NCBI GenBank assembly: GCA_040954595.2
Contig: CM082594.2
Span: 11,226,276-11,290,275 of the forward strand
From: Balanoglossus misakiensis
Lineage: Eukaryota > Animalia > Hemichordata
Direction: 5' to 3'
Length of the DNA: 64,000 nt
This document shows positions 12,221 through 24,300 of this stretch, one piece after another; the stretch's first letter is position 1, and each line of letters starts with the position of its first letter. A program made the translations under genes and the position numbers. The notes under the pieces are model-generated. The model did not search any database. It worked only from the letters and a program-made list of their open reading frames with translations, and was not told the origin of the DNA.

Positions 12221-14275
12221 ACGTCTACTTATATTACCCTATTTCTATGTTTTTTGCTTAGTAACATTTATTCCAGAAACCTTGATAGAAACTAGCAGAT
12301 GGTTAATTTGATGGCAAGTGGTTGAGACAAATTGGTTTGGGTTTGGCGCTATAGAGACTTATGATAATGATCTCACCGCAGATACTGATGGCTTTTGTTA
12401 TCCAGAGTGGAAAATGGTGGAAATTTTACTTCTGGTTAGCATGTAACTCCTTGATATCTCTGAAAAATCTTGCCACAAGTATGATGATGGCAGACACAAT
12501 GTTCAGTGCAAATCATCACAGCGATACGGGGGTTGACTGATACAAGCCTCTTTTTGCTGAAACTTCACATTCACATCCGGGCAATCACGGCAGATTTGCA
12601 CTAGAACCACTCAGCATGAGTAATTTCCGGGCACGTTTGAGTGATTTTCCATACCATGATACTTGTGGGTTTCGATAGGATAAACTTGTGATAGCAGCAA
12701 ATGATGCTTAAGACCGCAAGTAATCGGCTAAGGAGTGAATCCCCAGTATATTGTGTGATTGTGATCAGTGTTCACATAGCGCAGAAATAAACCCAGAAAG
12801 TGATCGCAATTTATCGTTCCTTTTGTCAAAAAGCTGCTTTGATTCAGACTATACCAACTGTAAAATTACAATACGACTATCCCTATCATTCTAAGCCAGC
12901 CTAAGATAATTTTAAATGACGATGGCATTTTAATTGAAAGAAGATGAGTATGTACTGTAAACATAGCACTTTAAAGACCAATGCAAAAATAACGACACAC
13001 AGAAACGGTTTCAAGTGATTACTGGAATTTGAGCACATCGTTTACAGTATAAAGTCAACAAGAACATGAAATCCAAGAGTTAATAACGCGAACATCGCTG
13101 GATGAAACATAAGGTATCTACAAGTACCACTGAAAGCAGGTTATGTTGTATTTCTGGCTACCTCTTATCATATCTGCTCATCTTGGTAATAATTGGATTG
13201 AGAATATTACAAATACTGTAGTTATTTTCGTGCTCAGAAATCAGCATTGGTTTGTTGAACTCAACGGCATTTTATCATATGCTCCACGTCTGCCAGCCTT
13301 ACGATATTACACCAGTGCCAAACCTGAATGCAAACGAACATTCCGTAAATTGTATTCTGCAAATCCGTGCAGGTGCGACTGAGAATTCCGCTTAAATTTT
13401 ATCACTTTTTCAGATAAGCCTAAAAGGAGCATTAAAATCCGCAATAACGATCTGATGGACTCGTTAACGGTGACCCAGCTTGTAAACCTGCGAGCTAAAT
13501 GCGGGCCATCCACGCAATAGGGGTTGCAAAGGTGCTGGGATATTTCACTTACTGTGCCTGAAAATTGATCGTTAAGTAAGGTCAAATCAATCGATTTCAC
13601 CCGAAGTATAAAAAAAAATCAAAACCTGATGCGTGGAGCAATGAACGAAACAACAAGCCACTACAGCTATTATTTGTGTTTTTAGAGCTGGGGAAATCAT
13701 TTGTGAACGGAAGAATCGTAAACAAGCCTTGATTGCTACAAGGATGATGCCCTAAGCGACGGGACTTTAAATAACTTACACGATTGTTTAGACATTGCCA
13801 TTCTTTCGATTAAGGTGAAAGTGAAAGCGATGGACACAGCGGGTTCTTTCTCCTTGCTTTAGGGGGCGCAACGAGCTAATCAATTATTTAAACGATGAAA
13901 AATTGACGTGAAGACAAATTGACAATCGAACAGGCAGATAATCGATCTGTGACCAGTGTTAAATAAAAGCAAACTGAGAATCAAAAGGAAGACAGATTAC
14001 ATATTCATTAATGTGCCTAATTGTCAAAAAGAGACATCCAAGCAAATTATGTGTCTGGGAATTAATTTCAAATCGTCATGGCATTAATAAATATGGATGG
14101 GTGAATGCAGACACCTTTTCTCAACCGAACAGCATATTTTGCGCCAATGCAGACCAGTCCAGTGATTCTCGCCAGATTTTCACCATCTGAATTTTTCTGT
14201 TGCCATCAATGGTCAGAAGTATTCGTTGAAAAATAAGTAGTATTTGCTGATGCTTTTAATCTAGCTTAAAACATG

Positions 14276-14336
14276 CACACATACATATACACACATACAT
14301 ACATGCATACTGACAGACAGACAGACACACACTCAC
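14276..14336. repeat. Mixed (CATA)/(CAGA)/(CA) simple repeat
   Basis: cacacatacatatacacacatacatacatgcatactgacagacagacagacacacactcac. Confidence 0.8.
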
Positions 14337-15390
14337 ATTCCCGGTACATACATCATAGCTTAACACATGACAGCTCGGGCATTGCAATAATGACATTAGC
14401 AATATAATAATCTACATCAGAGATTGATCTGATTTGATGGCCTCGTTCATCTTGACCTATAAAAGTAACGACTGGATTTTCACAAGTAACCCCCAGAGGA
14501 CACAGCACCTCAACCTTATTAGGATTTAGATCGATCCTAAAGCACACAAGATTGTTACCTGGAGACACCCTGGCTGAGAACATCCTGCAGAAGCAAGTCG
14601 TTTGACGTTGAACTGTTCCGTTCAGCGCCAACTCTGTGCGGCCACTTCCACTTGTTTTATTACATATTCGAGAGAATATTCACTACCATGTTAAACATGT
14701 ACATTGTGCTGCTCATAGACGAGTTAAATCGACAACATATCCGGGTTTCCTTCTTTCACATCACAAATAATTGTACACATGAGGGATATATACAAGACAT
14801 TAAACTTGCTATTTCCTATAAATGCAAGTCAACCACAGAGAGAAGTCAGCCATTGCGATGCAAAGACATTAACACAAAGATCGGCCACATTTACATGCAA
14901 ATCATGCAATCTTTTCCCAATCTTCATTCCTTACACGGTCTGTCTAATAATAATAGAATCGACCCCTAGACCTCCACAAACACATATCTCCGAGTTGTAA
15001 ACGTGAACTTGATGCCTAGCTTGAAGTCACAAATGAGGTGGTTGTAAATGTTAACTTTTAATGAAAGTACTTTTTGAATGGCGTTTATGAGGGGCATATT
15101 AAATGACATTTTTATCGTTTAAACTGTGCCGTTCTGTTTGCTGATTTGTTTTTGGAATCACGTGATACATGTATGTAGTAGGGGCTGGGTGATGTTTGTA
15201 AAGTTCCGAGTAATTCATTCATTGAGAAATTGACTCATAACAGTTCAAATAGATAATACATCATACACATCTTGTGCAGAAAACAGTCTCGGGACATTCT
15301 GTTTAAACCATTTCTCTCTGTTTTGTAATGTCCACAGTCATTCAAATGTTGCTTGTATTCTTATCATAGCCATCTATATGGTTTCTCAAC

Positions 15391-15820
15391 CCGGAAGTAG
15401 ATCTTTTTTAAGAGAGTGGTCCCGAGAGTGATTAATCGTGTCGAAGAGGTAACGTACTTTGTGACGTCACCATGGCAATGCGGGCCAATCAAATTAATGG
15501 TTCTTAAAATACAGAGCGACAAGCAATCAATTGAAAACATACTCCCTGACCTACGGAACGTACACAATGACCACCGTTTAATCCACAAGGTTGCGGAACC
15601 CCACGGGAAACATTACAAGCGGACGTTTGAATTGATCAAGCGAAAGAAGTTTGCGACAAATTTACTGTCGTTGTCGACGGAAGTGAGAGCCGAGTGAGAA
15701 TATTAGCTGTTAGTGTTATTTTTGAAAGGTAATGAAACCGGAGGCCATAAAATAATGCGGAGAAAACGGTAAGGTGACGGCAATTACTGTGATTCAGGAA
15801 AGAGCAGTGACGTGATTGGA
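15391..15820. promoter_or_regulatory. CpG-enriched promoter/enhancer-like island
   Basis: ETS-like CCGGAAGT (15391) and CGGAAGTG (about 15678); perfect CRE TGACGTCA at 15462-15469 overlapping an X-box-like GTCACCATGGCAAT; CCAAT at about 15485; TGACGTGATTGG at about 15808. Confidence 0.4.
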
Positions 15821-17270
15821 GCATTCGCGCATTCGACATGTTATTCGAATTAATTACCATCATGCAGAGTCGCCACAGAATCATGTTAATCGAAAGAGTA
15901 AAAATTATGAAAAGCGAAAATGTTGACCTTGGCCCCACCAACACAGGAAGGCTGAGGGTCCACATTCCTTTCTGATGTGACTAGGTTTTTTGTCCTGTAT
16001 GATTTTTTCGTTTCATATAATTGGTGCAGAATATTATTGTTTTTTCTTTTGGAAAAAGTGAGAATAGAGTCTGCATGTTTAGAGGCTTGACGGAGAAAAT
16101 TTCCTGTCAGACACCCAGAACTTTGTTGTAGACAAACGTCTGCTCACAAACTTTAAAGGAAAAACAACCTCCCCTGACTGATGATACATTCTGTCCGAAT
16201 TTTGTTTGAATAGTCGGTCATGCCCATGATAATGGATATTAACCCAAATCCTGACATTTCAGCAGGGTTGGGTATATTCATCGCTTCTGCATTAGAAAGC
16301 AGTGATCTTATCGATTGCAAGAACAGCGGAACAACACAGTTCTTATCTTGTGAAACACCCAAAGGCTGATTTAACATGGGTTAGAGATCACTGAACTAGG
16401 GATTACTGATGTAATAACTGTGTTTGTAACCATGGATTCCTCGTCTTTTCAGGTGAGACTAGAAAAAACCCATGGCCTTGGAAGTTTTTTCTCTCAGGGT
16501 TGACAAGTTGCTGATCATGCGTAGACTGTTGCCGTTACATGCCACGGGGCATAACTGAGCCAAGTTCAGTGGTCCAGTGGTCCTCACGTCATTTGCAATA
16601 ACTTCTGCTTTAATTTCGAACTGTTGGTAGAGCGGTATTTGTTTAATATTCCGGTTTTCATATCGTTCATATTCCATTCTGGGTTCAACGGGTCGGTGTA
16701 AAGGCAGATAATCAAGTTATTATCAAGGCCAGGCCTACGCCTACGGAGTACCCCGTCTCTCTTATGTCCATGATCCAATCCAACTATCTACCCCACCCAT
16801 GTTTGCATTTTTGCTGCATTTTTGTTCACTCCTATCACTCCTATAGCCTCTATCAATTAATAAAACATCAGATCCTACAAGGTGAAATCATATACCACAC
16901 TATCTTTCCCTTGGAACTGGATTACTTCATTCGAACATATAACTTGCCTCTGAAGAATCATGGAATTTTCGCACAAAATATCACGTTCTGGGTTATTGTA
17001 ATTGAACGCAGGCTTCAGAGTAATTTTATTCATACGTTATAATATAACTGGAGAGCTTGCAAGCTGTACATTACACTGAATAAACATTAGCATGTGAGGA
17101 AACTGGTATTGTATTACAATAATTACATACTTATTCTATCTTACCGGCCCCGGGATGTGATTAAGGAGGGGAAACTGATATGTTCTCATCAGAAGCCCCT
17201 TTGAAATGTGCTTTCGAAGTCCTTGTAGATGTGGAAGTGAGCTTTTTAAGTAGTATGTCTTCGGACTTCA

Positions 17271-17590
17271 TCATTTAAAATTTATGATTTGACTTAGGCT
17301 CTTTTGCGGATAGAGAGAGACCTGAACAGTAGCAACGTCGGATAGTTGAAGTTAACGATCATGTTCACCAACAGACATGCACACATCTGTCGACAAACAC
17401 CTGTATGGAAACACATTTTCATTCACATGTGTACATGTGTCATTTAAAATTAATGATTTGAGTAGGCTCTTTTGCAGACACAGCAAATAAGAGAGACGTG
17501 AACAGTACAGTAGCAACTTCGGAAGATTGAAGTTAACACTCATGTTCACCCACACATCTGTTGATACACATTTTCCTTCACGTGTGTTAC
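17271..17590. repeat. Diverged tandem duplication, about 170-bp unit x2
   Basis: Both copies read tcatttaaaatt.atgatttga..taggctcttttgc...gagagac.tgaacagta...gcaac.tcgga...ttgaagttaac..tcatgttcacc...cacatctgt...acacattttc.ttcac; starts at about 17271 and 17440. Confidence 0.9.
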
Positions 17591-18324
17591 ACACGTGAGT
17601 GTCACAGTGCGTGTTGACTTGGTGTGTACGAGTTCTCTGGTGTATTTTACTGTGCGTAAGTCATTTAGGAGTTGCTGTCGTAAAACGTGTCATACGAAAA
17701 AAAACAAGATGTGCTTCACGTCACATGATTTTGGACTGACAGACACATGGCCTTAGGGTTTGTTGACGGTCGGCAAAGTTGCGTTTGTTCATCAAAATAA
17801 GTCTTAAATCGATAGCACGTTCTTTCAAATTTCATCTGAGGTAGAAGTGGTTTTTACAGATGTTCGACCACTAAGTTCTGATTCGTACATCTGTTCCTGG
17901 TTGTCACTGGTTGTTTTTGAGATAGCGGTGTGAAATCTGCTTTGGCAGATTAATTGGCATGACGTGGAAGTCGAGAGAATATAAAATGTACGCACAATTG
18001 AGTTGAGTGACATTGCTTGTGTTTGGGTACAACAAAGAAAGGTTATGCTCTGAACCCTTTGATCTGAAGTCACCTTTGACAACATCACATTTGATGTTGC
18101 GCATGTGTTGGTGACACTAAAATGAATTGAATGTTTTTGGAGGAAGCAGATGGCCGTTTATTTGCCATTTTTATTGCACGTGACCAATGGTTGCAAATGC
18201 CACTAAAGAAACCCCATTGCAGCTTGAAGATAAGTATTTTTTTTAAAACTGAATTCAACATCCGCTTACTTCGCTGTAAATGACGACCTTTCCAAAACCC
18301 ACGCTATAGCAAAAACACACTGGT

Positions 18325-18329
<5 letters not shown>

Positions 18330-18361
<32 letters not shown>
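18330..18361. repeat. (GA)n microsatellite
   Basis: About 16 AG units read directly. Confidence 0.95.
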
Positions 18362-18364
<3 letters not shown>

Positions 18365-21300
18365 ACAATCGATCTGAAAAGAGCAATCAAGATCACTCTG
18401 CTCACATCTGAAAAGACCATAAATCGTCTTACAAACGTAGATAAAGTTATTCCTAAAGGGAAGATGGCGCGGATGTGCATTGAAATGCTTCGACGTCTTT
18501 GTTCGTTATGACTTTATTTTTATTCGCATATATGTCACAAGAACATGTTTCGTTATTAGTATGTGGAATCAAAAAGTATGTTTTACTCAAGCAATTCATG
18601 CTTCACAATTAATATCACTCAGGTGCGGGCACTTCCATTGATTTAGACAAGCTTTGTGTAAAATCTTTTCTTTCTGTAAATTTTAAGTACTGTATTTACC
18701 CAAAGAACGTCGCCCTGACTACATGAAAGTACTTGACCCTGGTTGAAGTTTCCTTCTCAGGCGATCGTCGACTCCAGCATGTCTGCCGTTCTCATAGTTA
18801 CCAATCTTTATTTTGGTAACAGGTTGAGTGGACTAATGGACTGAGTTACAGGATAACGCTCAATCATGACGGGGACCAACATTTCTCCCCCTTGGTACAT
18901 TTTTAACAACCAAAAAAGATTCCCCTGAAATGTTAGATGCAGCAAATAATAACAGCTCGATATGATCACAGCTGAAACCTAGGCTATTAAGTTAACATCA
19001 GATCTAGTTTAATCTATCCGTCCTAGTTATGTCCCTGTATTCTTATCATAAGCATATGGTTTTCGATTACATTGCTTACTCTCAATAGCATATTCGATTT
19101 TTAAATATCAACCATTTTATATGCAGAGACTGTGTGTTTCAGCAGCTGTGCGTTTGTCTCTAAGGCTTGAAAATATTCCTGCTTTCTGCACGCTATCATT
19201 CTGAAGAGGACAAAGTTCACAGATGCCTATCTTGATGAATATACAGGCCTATATCAGACATCTGTCGTTAAATCAAACTCGCATATGTGAGTTTTCTTAG
19301 GTAACGGTTGTCTGCCTCGTCAATGAAAGAAGTGGATGCCTTAATGCACTTTGTAGATTAAACGCTATTTGATTAAACTGTATTCCATTAGAACAGGTTG
19401 GCTTGGCAATGATGGAGGTTTAACAACATTTCAAGCTTTGCGTCACTGAAAGGAAACTCATTTCAAATTCAAGTCTTGCATTAGAAATAATTGTACTTCA
19501 ACACCCAAAATGTAAACATGAATCATGTTTATGGCTAAACCAGAATGTTTCTGTTATTATAATTATGCTTTCTTCTTATCTAAGCAATTGGTGGGTGGGT
19601 CGGGAGAACCTGGGGGAGGGGGGGAGGGTTCACACCTAACATGATAATTAGCTAAGAAGCTTCTGCTATGCAGGCTGCCTTCAGTTTTAGCCGACGCTTG
19701 AGAAGTTTTCTTAGAAATAGCAGAGTACACATGTATGTACTCGCGCGTTTGGCCAAAGAAGACTTGTGATTTTGACTGCGAACTACTCTTCACGTATTTC
19801 TCTGTTGGTTTATGATCCGAGTTTATGACCCGAGGAACAGAATGTTTTTCTTCTTTTCCTGCTTCCCCCAGGGAGTATTCCGAGGCTGAAGCACAATGGA
19901 AACTGTCACACACTGTTAACAGCGGAACGAAAACAGGGAAGAACAGTTGACTTTTCTTTGCTCTCATAGCAGATACTTTTCTATTTATAATAAAACCCCA
20001 TGGATTTTGTCTTGTAGGTAAAAAAACGAAAATAGTATCGAATTTCACCCCATCTGCCGTGTTGCAATTTGAGTTTAATGTTTGGTCATGATTTACTTTT
20101 AAGCACGCATTCTGAGTACGTCGACCTCCTTGCCAACGTCGGCGGATTGCCATGGTAACAGAAAGATAGGCAAGAAGTGAAGGTTTTATCCAGAAGTTTT
20201 GGAATAATTAGCGGTCATTTTCAAAGTATGCAAGTGGTAAATTATTGGAGTGTCAATCACTATGTGTAATAAGTACATTCTGACGTGAATGTCGTAATAA
20301 CTAATATTAGGGAGTGCTTAGTTATAACGAGAGAGGGTTGGAGGAATCTGGGTAGAGGGTCACATTTACAAACTTGTCTCCAATGTGACATCTAACATGT
20401 GGGCAGGATGGTTAAACTTTGTAATTTCAACAATATTTTGGAACATTTCTCGCAAAAACCATAGTGCCATTCTTACCAAATACACTGAGCTAACATGACT
20501 GCCATACTCCTTTCTCCAAAAAGATCATGGTGCCAGAACACTAAGTCGGTTCGGCGCGACAAGGAACGTTTATAAAATAACTAGGCTAAGAACATCAAAG
20601 AAGTCACCGCACTATAGATTCTAATTTCGTTTTAACATCTGATTCGGTTATTTAACAATTTGTCCAGTGTTTGAAAGCTTTTAACGGGGAACATAAATCC
20701 GAAAACCCCTTGAAATGCTCATGAATCAGTATTCCCTAGACGCCAAACCGGCGCATGGGGTTAACTCCAACACCGACACCAATAAATCTTGTCCCGGTTA
20801 ACTGCTTGAGTGACGTTAGAAATTTGTGTTGATCTACACCTGTTAACGGGTTTAAACCACGATGATGTCAAAGGACAATAAGCCACCATTTTTTAGTTTT
20901 TTAATCATTAGGTTTTATAGATGTATTGGTGTTTAATATACTTTTGAGCAGTTTAAGATTTTATTTCTATTAACTGGTATATATAGTATAGATGACAAAA
21001 ATTTGCATGCAGCAAAAATCGGAAAATACAAATGTTTAGCACATTTTAGGTTTATCCATTTTAAGTTTATCCAGTAAACTTAGAGAGTGGGTGGGGGGAG
21101 TGTTACTTGTATACTATGTGCTATGGTCATAATATCATTTCAAAGTTCAAAAAAATTATATCAGTTCTGCTGAATGTTAGGCCAACGCAAGTCCACCGGG
21201 TACATTAAAATTATATTTAATTTATATAAACCCCCAATTCAACCTTTTACAGAAATGAATGATCCAACACTTTCCAATATGCTGTAACCGTGATAGCGTA

Positions 21301-24300
21301 TATCCCCTCCAGCATATTTTAGCATGTTGCTTATATGCAGTTGGAAGCCAACAGGGCAATCTACACTTGAAGTAGAGAGAGACGGGGAAATGGTGTTTGA
21401 GAACACACAGCGAATCACGGCTGGAGGAGCAATTTTACGAGAAAAGAGCGATAGCATCCATGCAGAACATAAAAAGGTCTGAGTTACTTTTATATGAACA
21501 CGAAGCTGTAATGTTTAAATTTAGAAGAAAAAAAAAGCTTCATATTTTACAAATCACTGCTCCTCTTGATTTTCAAATGCAGTTTTCAAGGTTGTATGTC
21601 AAGCTTTTTCGGGAAACGACACAATGTTTCATGCACTTTTGTCAGCGAATTCAACATCCAGAACACCAGCCACTGTGACTAAGGGGAAGAATATGTTTGC
21701 GGCACTGGGAATTTGCTCTATGTGTTGCTGCTGTACACATTCAATACTTTCAGCTGCTTGAAATATCCCTGCATCAACAACATCTGGCATATAGCCAGAG
21801 ACACTCACGGAATAGACTCAAATTAGATGATTGTTGTTGAAGTGAGACAATAACAGAAATTACTTAGAAATCAGGTTAATTAGAAGGCTCTCTGTCACAG
21901 GCCACAGGTCAAAATCATGTCAAATCTCAATATACAATGAAATATGATGTTTAAATTACAGAGAAAATATTTTTACCACCACCACCATCCAACACAGCAA
22001 GGGTGATGCAAGTGCATACATCTGAAGGAACGAAAAATTCGGTTGTCTATTCTTCCGAATAACAGACATTATTTCACAAAAGTTTGATGAGCAATAAGTA
22101 TCTAGTGAAGTTAATGGTGGTCTACCTTCTGTATAGTTAGCTCTAATTAGGAGATGAAAGACACGTACAAGACAAAGAGGAAAGACATTGACACGGATAT
22201 TGTAGTGAAAAGGCAAATGATGGAAACATACATGTCACTCAAACTTCATCACCGAGAACTACACATAAATGGATTGACACTGAGGTTTGCATGGAGACAT
22301 CTCTGCCTTCCAAACCAACCCAACGTTTTTAACGAGTGAACAATCATGAATTCAGGTCGCGTCGGGTCAGGCAGCCGATTCTTTTCCCCGCAGTAATTAG
22401 ATTGCGAAAATGTATCTACCTGTGGACTTCTTGCAGCTCTGCCGGGTTATATGGGTTAATAAGATTTTCATTTACCGCGTATTAATTTGACATAGATGTG
22501 AACCTATTTCCTTTCATGAGGGATGTATATTAATAACACTCATTACATCGAATCAACGGACAAAAAAAGTAACCACGCATACGAGGATGATTGAAATATT
22601 GGGTAACAACTAAGCTTTCCTTGTGAATATCACAATGGTTTAATCTTTCTGTGCTGAAGTATTTTGATATAGCACATACGCACCAGTGCATACTTCATTT
22701 AAAATACATATTTGCATGATATCCCTGAAAGTAAATGTGTTCTCTAAATGGGAATCAAATAATTATGAGTATCATCTTTTAATTTTGGGACAAAGTACAC
22801 AATTTTTTACATAAGAAATACACGTGTATTAATATGCAAATTGACCATTATTTATTTTTCATAAAGAGTGAGCGATCCTGCTCCAAATGAGGCGCCCTCA
22901 AACACAAACAGTCAGAAGGTTTCCAAGCAGAAGAAAGACTAAAATCCAACTCCATCACCGGAACATCAAACTTCATTTTAGCAAATAAAACATGGCAGAT
23001 TCAAGTACAATGTACTTGTTTCGTGCGCGTACGCAGATGTCGTAGATGATATAATCATTTTTTTCTGGGATATCGAGTGTGAACCCATGACTTTTAAAAT
23101 TAAACAATTTGTGTTAGCGAAGACAAGGGTGGGGAATTCCATCCATATGGTTGACATTATCAACTGGAATGCCCAAATATGACTTCATTACTGGAAAGAG
23201 AGTGCCATCGGGCTAGCGTTACGCTAGCTCTGTGTTTTTTTCTTGGCTACGGGCATTCACCGCCTTGTCGCAGAATCAGAAAGAACCGTCTCCCACGATC
23301 CGATCATTCCACTTTGTGAAATCCGAACCCGCTTCCTTGCTTCGAGCAGTAAAACGAATTTTCGAAAATTGGATAGAATTGCAGAGTCTTTAATGTGTGC
23401 AGAACAGCACTGCAAATTATTGAACCATTCTTCAGAGAATACGGATTATGAATATACAGGTTGTTGTCAAGTGCCCTTCTGAAATGTTAAGTTACAAAGT
23501 TAATAAACACACTCTCTGGTTATTAGACATCGTGACTATGGCTTGCCTTAATATGGTTATAGGTGTATTACACGGTGGGTTGATTAGCGTACACAGATGA
23601 AATACAATGGCATAATGGATGAGCATAACGTCACAGAAATGTTAATTCACAAGTCAATCTGTTAAACATCTTTCAAGTTCTGTATGACTATATATGTATC
23701 CGATAATATTGTGCAATTACGACTGACCAGTCATTTGCGACCTTGTAAACCACTTTTCAATTTGCGTAAAAATGCCTTCCTTTGTCAATTAAAATTAGGT
23801 AATTAGTGCATCTTGCATATCGTGCGAGGCTTTCATTGGCAGTTTTAGATTAATAACACATGCGTATTGTATGACAGAACGTCATAGACTATGACAGTTG
23901 TGGTTGTATGTTATATCTGCAACTGTGCAAGGAAGGCTAGTAATCCACCATTTAGTAACCAGACCAGAATGAACAGCATAAAGAAAAGTTGACTCAAATA
24001 ACATAAAAAATTAGCGACTTGTCTAGACATCCTTTTTTAATGTAAGAAAAAAACCTAGCGTTCAATATCATCACAGATTGCGTGTATGGTGATCTTGGTG
24101 GGAAACTTGACCATGCATGTAAGCTTTTAGGTGGCCAGATGAAAATTCTCAAAGTAGCTCTTGTTCATATTGCACAGCCAGGAGAAAAAGGTCAACTGTA
24201 TCATTCTTTGCAGTGAAGTGCTGACGCGTTTGCTCTAGGCACAAGAAAAGATGATCGTAAACTTTAACCACCACTTATTCAGACAGCCTTCACATTTCAC

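Noticed and set aside
14353-14631. 92-aa Cys-containing minus-strand ORF with exon-like borders
   Set aside because: No recognisable domain and no consistent multi-exon model.
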